A stretch of 64,000 bases of DNA from Candidatus Sericytochromatia bacterium (GTDB lineage Bacteria > Cyanobacteriota > Sericytochromatia > S15B-MN24 > VGJW01): contig JAYKHS010000005.1 of NCBI GenBank assembly GCA_035285865.1, positions 1 to 64,000 on the forward strand, given 5' to 3'. The stretch's first letter is position 1. Every line of letters begins with the position of its first letter. The notes beneath the pieces are model-generated. The model was not told the DNA's origin and ran no database searches. It saw only the letters and a list, made by a program, of their open reading frames with translations. This document shows, one piece after another, positions 48,528 through 58,263 of this stretch. Position numbers and translations under genes: made by a program.

Positions 48528-51164
48528 TCAGGAGTTCTTGGGCTTGGTCGGACCCTTGCGCGAAGCCTCGCCCTTGATGTGGACCACCTGGACCGGGACC
48601 CGCGTCTCGGCGTTCTCCCAGCGACGGGTGCCCTCGAAGGCGATGTCGTACTTGTTGCTCGCATTCCACAGCAGCCAGCCGACGGCCTTTCCGTCGCGAC
48701 CGCCCTGCAATTGCTTGTACACGTAATCGGCGTTGTAGTTGGACACCATGTAGCCGAAGGCCTGGAGCCAAGGGCGAATGACGGTCCCCTCGCCGATGTG
48801 GTTGCGCACCCGGGCCACACCCTGGCTGATGAAGTAATACGGCTGGTCCGCCGGTCGCGCGAAGCCGTCGAACGGCGGATAGAAGTGCGAGGGGTAGACC
48901 ATTGGACAGATGACATCCACTTCCTTGGCCATGTCCGCGATCTTCTGGCCGGTGACGGCCATGTCGACGTCCTTGCCCCACGCCATGACGCCGTAGACGT
49001 CAATGCCGACGCGGGCGTTGAGCGGCGCAAGGGCTGCACGGGCTTTGCGGAGGAAACTCGTGATGATGGCGTGCTTGGGTGTGACCTTCTCGTCGAAGCC
49101 GTACTTGCAGTCCCGCGTATTGCCCTGCGCCGGGAAGCGGACGTAATCGAACTGGATCTCGTCCACGCCGGATTGGGCCAACTCCACCGCGAGGCGGATG
49201 TTCATGTCCTGAACTTCGGGGTTGCTGGGATCGACCCAGCGCAAGTGTCCGTGTTCCAGCCACGGCTTGCCCGTGGCCTTGCTGCGAATTGCGAGATCGG
49301 GGCGCCGCTTGGCCAGCACGGGGTCATTGAACAACACTTGTCGTGCGATCACGTAGATGCCCATGCCGTGCAGGCGATCGACCAGCTTGGGCAGGTCGGT
49401 CACCGTATGGTCCCACTGGGTCATCGCACGCACCTTGGGGTCCTTCGCCAGGATGGACACCGGACCGTCCTTGATGTCGAAGACCACGGCGTTGCCGCCG
49501 GCGGCCTTCATGGCTGTCGCCAGCGTGAAGATGCGATCCATCCCTGCCGTGGTCGAGGTGCAGTAGATGCCCTTGACCGGGGCGTCTACTTTCCAGCCCA
49601 GCGGCTTGGGATCGGGCCGGCGTGCGAGGACGTCCGGGATGGTCAGGGTCTCGCCGGGTTTGACCCAGGCCCGCTTGAGGCCGTTGACCTCGGTGATTCG
49701 ACGGCGCAACTCGCGAGAGGTGTAGGCCTTGGTGAACCGCAGGTAGTTCATCGAAAGGCCCTCGAAGGTCTGCCCGGGCTGGACATTGTGGTTGATGCGC
49801 CCGTTCTGCCACGTGCCGCCGTTGGGCAGGGGCGCGCCGAACGCAGGGTGGATACGGCTGGGATCTGAAGCCACTGCAGCGTCCGGTGTCGCCGCGTCCA
49901 GAGCAGGAATGGATTCTGTTGCGTCGACTGCAGCAGCAGAACTTCCCGAGGCGGATGGAGCGGACTCGACCCGAGCCAGGTGCTCGGGCCCCGTCGACGA
50001 CGTGCCGACGCTCGCGGCGACGGGGGCGGTTTCCGCGACCCCTTCCTTGGCCAGTTCCGCTACGGTGCGGGCATCCAGCCGGCGTGCCCGGGCCTTGCCC
50101 AGGCGAGCAGGATCGAGTCGGTCGGCCGCACCAGCGGGGAAGCTGACGAAGTTCGGATCGCCATCCGAGACGTAGGGCGCGAAGCCTTCGGCGACCTTGC
50201 CCGTCTCCTGGCCCTTGCGACGGAACCAGTGGGCGAACTCGCTGTCCAGCGCCTGGATCCGGGCCACGCGCGCCGGATTGAAGCCCTTGGCGAAGGGAGA
50301 GGTCGCCGGATTGGCACCGACGAGGAGCAGCGCACCGTGGTGGATCTCCTGACCCGGCCCGCCCATCGCGGCGGCCTGCTGGTCCGGGCGCTTGGGGATA
50401 CCCCCCATGGGCAAGGCCACCGTCGTCGTCCTGAAGTCGGGCCCGACGACCTTGCGGACGGCGGCCTGCAGCTTCACCAGCTCCGAGCGGATCTGGGTCG
50501 GCGTGGCCTTGCTCATCAAGAGATGGGTCCAGGTGTGATTGCCCAGTTCGAAGCCGTTGGCGGCGAGGAATTTCAGCTTCGCCGCGGCAGTGCGGTCGTC
50601 CTCGAAAAAGGATGGCAGCAGGTAGAAGCTGGCGCGGTGGCCGAAGCCCGGGTGGCGCTTGGCCACGTCCAGCATGATGCCCACGCCGCAGTCGGGCGTC
50701 GGGATCGCCAGACCCTTGGCGTCGATGCCCGAGGCCACGAACTGATCGGCCCGCGCGTCATCAAAGGTCAGCACGACCGGCTTTTTGCCGGCGGGCACAC
50801 GCGGGAAGCCGTCGAGCATGTCCTGGGTGGTGGCCGTGACATAACCATTGTTGGCAAGAAACTCAAGGTCGGTACGGAAGCGGTCCGCACGGCGGACCCA
50901 GCGGCTCTCTTCCTTGCCGATGCCGTGGTATTCGAGGACCGGCACGAGACCCAACTCATGGGCCTTGGCGACAGCGGCAGCCGAGGCCACCTGCACCGGA
51001 ACGCCTTCAGTCGCCTGAACGGGATCTGTCTCCGGGGAACCGGCACCCGGGGCGGGATTCAGCCGTCCGGTCTGCTCAGGACCCTTGCTGGATTGACATC
51101 CGAGCGAAAGCGCGAGCACGGCCGATGACAGCCAAGGTAGCCAGGAACGTCGCGAATGCGTCAA
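48528..51164 (-). CDS. Lipoprotein: polysaccharide deacetylase + LysM + DUF4015-like glycoside hydrolase
   Basis: SLGC lipobox; LEYH, LTFDD, GNHTWTH; HNVQPGQT..NGL..KPGETLTIP; FDIKD, DEIQFDYVRFP, PMVYPSHF, RPWLQAF. Confidence 0.88.
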   Translation of the reverse strand: MTHSRRSWLPWLSSAVLALSLGCQSSKGPEQTGRLNPAPGAGSPETDPVQATEGVPVQVASAAAVAKAHELGLVPVLEYHGIGKEESRWVRRADRFRTDLEFLANNGYVTATTQDMLDGFPRVPAGKKPVVLTFDDARADQFVASGIDAKGLAIPTPDCGVGIMLDVAKRHPGFGHRASFYLLPSFFEDDRTAAAKLKFLAANGFELGNHTWTHLLMSKATPTQIRSELVKLQAAVRKVVGPDFRTTTVALPMGGIPKRPDQQAAAMGGPGQEIHHGALLLVGANPATSPFAKGFNPARVARIQALDSEFAHWFRRKGQETGKVAEGFAPYVSDGDPNFVSFPAGAADRLDPARLGKARARRLDARTVAELAKEGVAETAPVAASVGTSSTGPEHLARVESAPSASGSSAAAVDATESIPALDAATPDAAVASDPSRIHPAFGAPLPNGGTWQNGRINHNVQPGQTFEGLSMNYLRFTKAYTSRELRRRITEVNGLKRAWVKPGETLTIPDVLARRPDPKPLGWKVDAPVKGIYCTSTTAGMDRIFTLATAMKAAGGNAVVFDIKDGPVSILAKDPKVRAMTQWDHTVTDLPKLVDRLHGMGIYVIARQVLFNDPVLAKRRPDLAIRSKATGKPWLEHGHLRWVDPSNPEVQDMNIRLAVELAQSGVDEIQFDYVRFPAQGNTRDCKYGFDEKVTPKHAIITSFLRKARAALAPLNARVGIDVYGVMAWGKDVDMAVTGQKIADMAKEVDVICPMVYPSHFYPPFDGFARPADQPYYFISQGVARVRNHIGEGTVIRPWLQAFGYMVSNYNADYVYKQLQGGRDGKAVGWLLWNASNKYDIAFEGTRRWENAETRVPVQVVHIKGEASRKGPTKPKNS

Positions 51165-51215
51165 CGAGGGGGTCCTCCGGGCGCCCATCCTACCACGGGC
51201 CCCCCGGCCGTCCCA

Positions 51216-52553
51216 TTACCAGAAACGGATGAGGCCCTTCTCCTCCTGGATGCCTCGGATGGCTTGGTCGCTCTTGGAGACCATGACGGCATCGTGGATC
51301 CGGACAGTTGTCCCGGTTCGGACGAGGTTGCCGACCTCGACCTTGGGCTCGGGCAGGTTTTCGAGGTGGGCGCGGACCTGCATGATGCGCTTGGCCGTAT
51401 TCGCCATCTCGAGCTTGATGACCTCGGCCGTCTGCTCCAGCTTTTCCTTCATGGCGGCCTGCTCGGGCGAGAGGCGCTTGAGGCGGGCCAAGATGACCTG
51501 CAACGATTGCAGGCTTTCGTCGATCCGCTCCAAGTTGGCCTTGAAGGTCTTGACTTGTTCCGTCAGTTCGGTCAGTTGGCTGACCCATTTGTCGCGGGGG
51601 GTCAGCAGCACGGTTGTCGGCGTGCCCATTTTGCTGCCGATGGTCTTGACGTTCAGCAGGACATCGACCCGCGTCTCGCCACCGACGAGCGAGCCGGTGA
51701 TGCGGCATTCCCCCCCGACCTCGACATCGCTGAAGAGCAGGTCCTCCTGAACGGTGAGATTGCCTTTGACTCGAGCCTGCGAGCTCTCCATGAAGCTTAT
51801 GAGCATGTCGCCGCCGGACTCCATGACGGCGTTCTGCCGCACGCCCCCGGCCACGATGATGTCCCGCCCGGCCATCACGGTGCCTCCGTCCACGGCGCCC
51901 TTGATCAGGATGTTGCCCGTGGCCTTGACGACGAACTTGTTCTTGACGTCGCCGCGGACCTCGACGTCGCCTTCGAAGTCGATGTTGCCTACGCTGAAGT
52001 CCACGTCGCCGTCCACGACGAAGTTCGTGATGACGTGGATCGCACCGCGCTCCAGCCTCGGCTCACCCTTGCCTGTCGCGACGATCATCAGTTCGTCATC
52101 GGTGAGCATCGTGTTCTTGCCGGCCTTGAGACGGGCTTCGCGAGGCACGCGGGGCGAGAGGTCCTCGCCCGTGACGGCCTTGCCCATCTTGCCGGGTACC
52201 GGGGGAATCTTGCGCGCCAGCACCGTTCCGGCCGGCACGTTGGCCACGACATCCATGTTGAAGTAGTCCACCCGGCCGTCCTCGAGCAGCTTGGGCTTGA
52301 GTTCAGGACGACCGACGCGGAAGAAGTACTCGATTTTGGCGTCTGAACCGTTCACGGGGCCGAATCCACGGGCGACCTCATAGGATCCGGCTGGCGCGAC
52401 CTTGCCCAGACGAGCGATGACGTCCTCGAGCAGACCGAACCGGACGGTGGCGTCGCCAAGCGCCTGGCGGATCTGCTGCTCGGTGGGCTGGATGCCCTGC
52501 GGGATCTGCAGGTAGGCCGTGAGCTTGTCCTTGGAGAGGCGAACCTGAAGCAT
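51216..52553 (-). CDS. FapA/DUF342 family flagellar assembly protein
   Basis: SKDKLTAYL, DGRVDY, GDVDFSVGNIDFEGDVEVRG beta-helix, IGSKMGTPT, coiled coil. Confidence 0.9.
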   Translation of the reverse strand: MLQVRLSKDKLTAYLQIPQGIQPTEQQIRQALGDATVRFGLLEDVIARLGKVAPAGSYEVARGFGPVNGSDAKIEYFFRVGRPELKPKLLEDGRVDYFNMDVVANVPAGTVLARKIPPVPGKMGKAVTGEDLSPRVPREARLKAGKNTMLTDDELMIVATGKGEPRLERGAIHVITNFVVDGDVDFSVGNIDFEGDVEVRGDVKNKFVVKATGNILIKGAVDGGTVMAGRDIIVAGGVRQNAVMESGGDMLISFMESSQARVKGNLTVQEDLLFSDVEVGGECRITGSLVGGETRVDVLLNVKTIGSKMGTPTTVLLTPRDKWVSQLTELTEQVKTFKANLERIDESLQSLQVILARLKRLSPEQAAMKEKLEQTAEVIKLEMANTAKRIMQVRAHLENLPEPKVEVGNLVRTGTTVRIHDAVMVSKSDQAIRGIQEEKGLIRFW

Positions 52554-52557
52554 CGGG

Positions 52558-53295
52558 TTATCCGACCAGCCTGCGATAAAGACGGGCCACGGCGTTGACG
52601 GCATCGTCGCGGTCCGGTCCGTCCAGTTCCTCGATCATCCGCGAAAGATCCGCGATGACCCGGTCCCAGGGTGCCTCGACACGTTCCGCACGCGTCGAAC
52701 CCCAGGGGCTGTGCGGCATTGCGTCATGCTCGATGACATCCTGATCCATGGCCACGGTCTGGTCGTCCGCGAAGCGATCCGGTCCCTCCCAAGGCATGCC
52801 ACCGCCGTCATAGGTCTCCGAGAGGCTGCGCACCCGGGGTTCCCGTCCCAGGCGTTCATCGACCATGCGGGATAACTCCCGGACCGGAATATCTGTCAGC
52901 GGCCGTTCACCCTCCCCGGTTGGAAAGAGGCCCTTCTCTAGAATGTCCCGCTGCATCTCGGGGTCGTCGAGGCGCGCGACCTGGACAAGCTTGGAGATTT
53001 CCGTGTCGCCAGGTGGCAGCAGATCGGGCGTCATCCCGACGCGGTCGAACATCCGCCCGACCTTGGCCAGCTGGAAGATGAATGAACGACTGAACTGCAG
53101 CCGCTTGCTGCCGACCCAGGCCTCGAAGGTTTCATGACCGAGGGCCTGATAGACCTTGTCCTCGCGGATCCGGTGGATCAGGCTCGCAAGACGTGTCAGC
53201 GGCTGCTGGACGACGGCAACCAGCGCATCGACCTCGCGGTCGAGGCGCTCTGCCTCGTCGCGGGTGGCCAAGGCCGCGGCGCTCGTGTCCTCCAT
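52558..53295 (-). CDS. Hypothetical protein with a partition-protein-like HTH region
   Basis: RIREDKVYQALGHETFEAW...FSRSFIFQL resembles PF49/pGP6-like partition proteins. Confidence 0.6.
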   Translation of the reverse strand: MEDTSAAALATRDEAERLDREVDALVAVVQQPLTRLASLIHRIREDKVYQALGHETFEAWVGSKRLQFSRSFIFQLAKVGRMFDRVGMTPDLLPPGDTEISKLVQVARLDDPEMQRDILEKGLFPTGEGERPLTDIPVRELSRMVDERLGREPRVRSLSETYDGGGMPWEGPDRFADDQTVAMDQDVIEHDAMPHSPWGSTRAERVEAPWDRVIADLSRMIEELDGPDRDDAVNAVARLYRRLVG

Positions 53296-53325
53296 CAGTC
53301 CCGATCGTACTCCATGGGGCCGGCT

Positions 53326-54717
53326 TCAGGAGCGCTTGCCGAGGTAGCGTGCCGCCAGATCGGCAGGTACGCCGTTGGCGCGTGTCATGGTTCGGAAGAC
53401 ATCCACGGCCGGCGTCGGATGTCGGACCAAGGCCGGATCGTTGCCGTCAAGACGGTAGAGTCCGAACGTGGGTGCCCAGGTCCCGATCTCCCAGTTGTCC
53501 GACAGGGTCCAGTAGCAGTATCCGATCACCTTGGCCCCGTCGCGAACCGCCCGGGCCAGGGCGTGCACATGGTTGACGAGATAGGCCTCGCGACTCCACC
53601 CATCCGGTCGGGGTTGGCCCCGGTGAGTGGCCATGCCGTTCTCGGCAACGAGAAGGGGCAGGCCGTAGCGGCGGTGCAGCAGCATCGTGGCGTCGTACAT
53701 GCCTTCCGGGTGGACGGGCCACCGCCATTGGGTCGTGACCGTGCCCAGCTCATCGATGGCCGCCGCGTAGTAGTAGTCGAAGGCGATGTAGTCCATGGTG
53801 CGTCGCGGAGCGGCCTCGGGGTCGTCTTTCCAGGCCATCAGGGCATCCGCGAACTTGTCGGTGGGATCGTCGATGGGGACCATCCGGGTCGTGGCCTTGC
53901 CGCTGCGGCGCATGAACATGAAGAGGTTGGTCGAGACCCGCGCCGCGGCATCCTCGGCGTGCAGCGCGTCATAGGCGGCGGCGTGCGCCGCGGCCATGTG
54001 GTTGAGTGCGCGGGCGAAGGACACCGGATTCACCTGACCCGGTGGGATGATGCCCACGAGGTAGCCATTGAGGGCTTCCATGTTTGCTTCGTTGATCGTG
54101 AGCCAGATGATGCCCCGGCCCTTGAGTGCCTTGGCAACCACTCCGGCATAGCGCGCGAAGGCCTGCACCACGCCGGGACGTTCCCACCCCTTGCCACCGT
54201 CGCCATCGGGCAACAGGGACAGCGGCGGATCGTAGAAGGGCGCCCTCCCCTTGCGCGCGGTGTAGGGCAGGCTGGTCGAGTCGACCCACGCCGGATAGGA
54301 GAAGTGATACAGCGTGACGATCGGCTGCAGGCCTTTCTGCCGACAGTGGTCAAGAACCTTGGCATATCGCGCAAGGGCTGCATGGTCGAAGACGCCCGGA
54401 CGGGGCTCGATGCGCGACCACTCGAGGCTCATTCTGAATGCGTTGGCACCGGATGCAGCGGCCAGATTGACGTCTTCCTCGTAGCGCTCCCACGAGGCCG
54501 TGGCCCTTCCTGCCGGTTCCTTGGCGCGGCCGGCACGTTCGAAGTTCCGCCAGGCCGAACTCTCGAGGCCGTCCTCATTCTGGATGGCTGCCATGGCCAC
54601 GCCCCAGAGAAAGCCCTTCTGGAAGCCGATTTCCCCGGGCTGGGCGTCGGCAGGCCCCGCCGCCACGAGGCCCGTTGTCACGAGGCATGGCAGGATTCGG
54701 CGCAAGAATGATGGCAT
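53326..54717 (-). CDS. Glycoside hydrolase family 1 with a Sec signal
   Basis: FLWGVA, FRMSLEWSRIEP, TLYHF, TINEA, AENG, DNWE; ADA cleavage motif. Confidence 0.93.
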   Translation of the reverse strand: MPSFLRRILPCLVTTGLVAAGPADAQPGEIGFQKGFLWGVAMAAIQNEDGLESSAWRNFERAGRAKEPAGRATASWERYEEDVNLAAASGANAFRMSLEWSRIEPRPGVFDHAALARYAKVLDHCRQKGLQPIVTLYHFSYPAWVDSTSLPYTARKGRAPFYDPPLSLLPDGDGGKGWERPGVVQAFARYAGVVAKALKGRGIIWLTINEANMEALNGYLVGIIPPGQVNPVSFARALNHMAAAHAAAYDALHAEDAAARVSTNLFMFMRRSGKATTRMVPIDDPTDKFADALMAWKDDPEAAPRRTMDYIAFDYYYAAAIDELGTVTTQWRWPVHPEGMYDATMLLHRRYGLPLLVAENGMATHRGQPRPDGWSREAYLVNHVHALARAVRDGAKVIGYCYWTLSDNWEIGTWAPTFGLYRLDGNDPALVRHPTPAVDVFRTMTRANGVPADLAARYLGKRS

Positions 54718-56144
54718 CAGGGGCGTGTGGATGGGCGTGGGTGCTGCTCGAGCAAGGCGGGGGGCACGTCGTTGGCGGTAGCGATGGCCTTGTAGGCTTC
54801 CACAGCCGCGGTGGCTTTGCGTCTCAGGAGCGGATCCCGTGGATCCACTTCGTAGAGGCCGAACCTTGGACGATAGCTGCCCCATTCATAGTTGTCGAGC
54901 AGCGACCAGTGGATGTAGCCGAGGCAGGGGACGCCTTCAGCGATGGCCCGGCGAACTTGGTCGACGTGGTGGACGAGAAACGCTTCGCGCGTCCAGCCGT
55001 CGGCCCGCGGCTTGCCATCGTCGGTGGCCATGCCGTTTTCGGCGATGAGCAGCGGCAGGCCCGTCCGGCTTGCGTGGACCTTCATGGCGGACAGCAGGCC
55101 TTCCGGACGCAGGGCCCACTCCCATTGGCGGGCCATGCGCTGCACTTCGGTCCAGCGCCAGGCGTAGTAGTAGTCGAAGGCCATGTAGTCCAGTTTTCGG
55201 CTGCCCCTGCCCAGCACGGCCCCCCCCAACATCAGGTCCAGGCCTTGCCAGCTCAGCAACTGCCCCAGCATCTCCCGACTCGAATCTCCGGGGAAGACCG
55301 CAGCAGGATCCGACACGTGCGTCAGATCGAAGAAGTTCGTCGACACGAGGGCGTCGGGGTCCTCCTCGTGAATGGCGTCATAGGCCAGAACATGGCCGAG
55401 TGTCAGGTGGCGGGTGACGGCAGCCGCAGCACCGGGGTTCACCTTGCCGGGCGGGAAGACTCCGGTCAGGTAGCCGAGGATGACCTGGGTGTTCGGCTCG
55501 TTCAGGGTGATCCAGTAGCGGACATCCCTACCGAACTCCCGAGCGGCGAAGCGGGCGAATTGCTCGAAGGCCGCCGCGGTGTGCAGGTCCTCCCAGCCAG
55601 GGTAGCCCCCGGTGCCCTGCTTGTAGGTGTCCAGCCAGGCGGGGTAGGCGAAGTGGTGCAGCGTCACGACGGGTTCGAGACCCTTGGCCTTTGCCGCGCG
55701 GATCATCGCGCGGTAGCGCTCGATGGCTGCGCCGTCGAGGACGCCCGGCCGCGGTTCGATTCGGGCCCATTCGAGCGAGAAGCGAAATGCATTGAGACCC
55801 ATGCCCCGTGCCAGGTCGAAGTCTTCGGCGTACCGGTTCCACGAGTCCGTCGCGCGACCGGGGAGCGCCGTCGTCCGACCGGCCTCGGCCCAGGCCGCCC
55901 AGTTGGAGACCTTGTCGTGACCTTCTACCTGATGGCCCGCCGTCGCGACCCCCCAAAGGAAGCCTTGCGGGAAGCGACCCCGGGAGATGCCGGGCTGCTC
56001 CTGCTTCGGTTCACCCGGCTGGACAGGCTGTTGCTGCCCCGGCAGGAGCCCCGAGGGCCGCTGGGTACAGGCTTGGGACAGCAACAGGAAGCAAGCCTGT
56101 GCGGCCAGGGCCACCAGGCATCGCGTACGGAGCCGGTCAGTCAT
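54717..56144 (-). CDS. Glycoside hydrolase family 1, probable lipoprotein
   Basis: LSQAC, FLWGVATAGHQVEG, TLNEP, AENG, WSLLDNYEW; start approximate. Confidence 0.93.
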   Translation of the reverse strand: MTDRLRTRCLVALAAQACFLLLSQACTQRPSGLLPGQQQPVQPGEPKQEQPGISRGRFPQGFLWGVATAGHQVEGHDKVSNWAAWAEAGRTTALPGRATDSWNRYAEDFDLARGMGLNAFRFSLEWARIEPRPGVLDGAAIERYRAMIRAAKAKGLEPVVTLHHFAYPAWLDTYKQGTGGYPGWEDLHTAAAFEQFARFAAREFGRDVRYWITLNEPNTQVILGYLTGVFPPGKVNPGAAAAVTRHLTLGHVLAYDAIHEEDPDALVSTNFFDLTHVSDPAAVFPGDSSREMLGQLLSWQGLDLMLGGAVLGRGSRKLDYMAFDYYYAWRWTEVQRMARQWEWALRPEGLLSAMKVHASRTGLPLLIAENGMATDDGKPRADGWTREAFLVHHVDQVRRAIAEGVPCLGYIHWSLLDNYEWGSYRPRFGLYEVDPRDPLLRRKATAAVEAYKAIATANDVPPALLEQHPRPSTRP

Positions 56145-56191
56145 GGAGGGACTTTCCATGGGCATCGCCTGCTGAGTCATGCAGCTTGCGT

Positions 56192-57118
56192 TCAGGGCAG
56201 GACAGCCCGCATGTGGACCGTGCGCGTTGCCGTGGCCAGCCAGATTCCTCCCGTTCCATCCGGACACAGGGCTGTCGCCGGCTCCTCGAGTTCGAGCAGG
56301 ACGCGGCTTCCGGCGCCCCGCCACCCGAGCAGTGTCTTGCCGCGAGCGGCCAGGAGGGTGCCGTCGGAAAGCCAGGCGAGACCCGAGATCCGGGTTTCCC
56401 GCCAGAGGGCAATCGTGTCGCCTGGGCCGCTGACGACCACGCCGTGCACGTCGTCGGCAACGGCCACACGTTCGCCGGGGCCGGCTGCGACGGCGCCAGG
56501 CGCAGGCAGGGGCAGGCGAAGTGGCGAGGGGGCGTCCGGCCAGATTCCCTTGAGACCCGACCCCAGCACCGTATCGATACGTCCTTCCGAGTCCACCCGG
56601 CGTACGCGCCGGAACCCGGGATCCGCGATCCACGTTTCCCGGCCGGCCACGGCAAGGGCTGCAGGGCGCGAGAGTTGTGCGCCGACGGCCCGAGCGCGGT
56701 CCCCGATCGGCTGGAAGTCCGTGCCTGAACCGGCGAAGGCCGTGGCCTCCCCCGTGCTCCCGGGGGCCACGCGCCATACACGGTGGTGTTCGGGATCGGC
56801 GACAAGCATGGCGCCGTCGGTCGTCAAGGCGAGTCCGCTCGGCTTGCCCACGCGGCCAGGCAGGCTCCACGGTCGCGTGGCCGGTTCCCGGACATCCTGC
56901 CTCAGATCGGCCAGCCATAGACCTTTCGCGTCATCCAGGCCAACGACCCGGGAGGTGTCCGCAGCCAGCAGGGAGGCTCCTGCAGCCACGCTGTGCGCCG
57001 CGATCAGCCCGGGCCACGCCGGTTCGCCCGAGCGGCATCCGGCGAGCACCAGCAGCGTCGACGTCACGACGGACGCTTGCAGACCGACGGTGCACTTGGC
57101 GGCGCGGAAAGATGTCAT
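56192..57118 (-). CDS. NHL-repeat beta-propeller lipoprotein
   Basis: LAGC lipobox; PSGLAL..DG..LVAD..HHRV, P..LAV...WIAD..RRVRRV. Confidence 0.8.
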   Translation of the reverse strand: MTSFRAAKCTVGLQASVVTSTLLVLAGCRSGEPAWPGLIAAHSVAAGASLLAADTSRVVGLDDAKGLWLADLRQDVREPATRPWSLPGRVGKPSGLALTTDGAMLVADPEHHRVWRVAPGSTGEATAFAGSGTDFQPIGDRARAVGAQLSRPAALAVAGRETWIADPGFRRVRRVDSEGRIDTVLGSGLKGIWPDAPSPLRLPLPAPGAVAAGPGERVAVADDVHGVVVSGPGDTIALWRETRISGLAWLSDGTLLAARGKTLLGWRGAGSRVLLELEEPATALCPDGTGGIWLATATRTVHMRAVLP

Positions 57119-57222
57119 GCGCCCGATCCTAACAGGCTCCTCCCGCATGGTGGCCCTTCACGCCCATCACGGGCTATATTGGACAAGACACTTGGTCTTT
57201 TCGGGGGAGGTCTTACGGTCGC

Positions 57223-58257
57223 ATGGAGCCCGTCACGCTTGGCGTCGACCTCGGTCGCAGCGAGATCCGCCTCTTCGACGGAGAGACGACGCTTCGTCAT
57301 CCGGCACTTGCCGGCGGTCCGGTGCGCTCCATGGCGCGGGGTTCTGCACGGATCCTCGAGGAACAACCCGAAGATCACATGACGGTGCGCATCGGGCGCC
57401 TGACCCACACGCTCGGGCGCATGGCCCTTGAGCAGCCGATGGTTTTCCCCGCCTCGGGTGTCGATCTCTTCGAGGACGGCCTTGCATGGGTGCATCTGCT
57501 CGGGGCCCTGGGGCTGTTGGCCCGTCACCACCGGACACAGGGCACGTTCCGGGTCCGTCTCGGACTTGCCGTGCCGCAACTGAACGCGCGTCGCGACGAA
57601 GCCTTGCACGCGGCCATCGACACGTGGCGTGGCGTTCATCGGTATGAGTTCTGCGGGCAGCCCATGGCGGTGGCCATCGAGCAGATCGACGTATTGCCAC
57701 GCACGCTCGCTTCGGTCTACGCCGCCACCATGGACGGCGTGATCGATCCCGGTCCTGACACCACGCTGGGCGTCATCGATGCAGGCCACGTCGCCACGGA
57801 CTGGATGGTGGCACGCCTGCCGCGCGAGCTGCCTCGCTTCGGTGGTTTCACGCAGGCGGTCGCAGGCATTCGCCTCGTCGAGGCCGTCGAGGAGGCCCTG
57901 CTGGATGCCGGCATCGTGCGCATCAATCCGCTGGCTGCCCTCGGGGCCGCCCTCGAGGGAGCCTATGTCGATGGCCGGGTCCGCGTCGATCTGCCCGAAG
58001 GCCTCCTTGACGAGATGCTCGAGCTGATGGCGCAGCAGTTGGCCTTGACCCTGCGCCAGGCTTGGCGTGACCTTTCGGTGGATCAGGTGTTGTTGACGGG
58101 CGGCCTCGGTGCTCGCCTCGCGCCCTGGCTCGAGGGTCACAAGGCCTTGCCCGATGTGCTGCTTGCGGCCGAGCCCCGCCATGGCGTCGCCCAAGGGGCT
58201 TACCACTTCGAGTTCCGGCAGCCTGGTTCGGAATCGGCTGCTCCGGTCGAGGCCTGA
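57223..58257 (+). CDS. ParM/StbA-family actin-like protein
   Basis: GVDLG, GLAVP, GVIDAG..TD, LLTGG, AQG actin-fold motifs; GGGAGG upstream. Confidence 0.8.
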   Translation: MEPVTLGVDLGRSEIRLFDGETTLRHPALAGGPVRSMARGSARILEEQPEDHMTVRIGRLTHTLGRMALEQPMVFPASGVDLFEDGLAWVHLLGALGLLARHHRTQGTFRVRLGLAVPQLNARRDEALHAAIDTWRGVHRYEFCGQPMAVAIEQIDVLPRTLASVYAATMDGVIDPGPDTTLGVIDAGHVATDWMVARLPRELPRFGGFTQAVAGIRLVEAVEEALLDAGIVRINPLAALGAALEGAYVDGRVRVDLPEGLLDEMLELMAQQLALTLRQAWRDLSVDQVLLTGGLGARLAPWLEGHKALPDVLLAAEPRHGVAQGAYHFEFRQPGSESAAPVEA

Positions 58258-58263
58258 TCCCGC

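Noticed and set aside
54675..57431. Long antisense ORFs (e.g. 54675-57431 +, 41689-43995 -, 62757-63986 -)
   Set aside because: High-GC shadow ORFs opposite genes with clear family motifs
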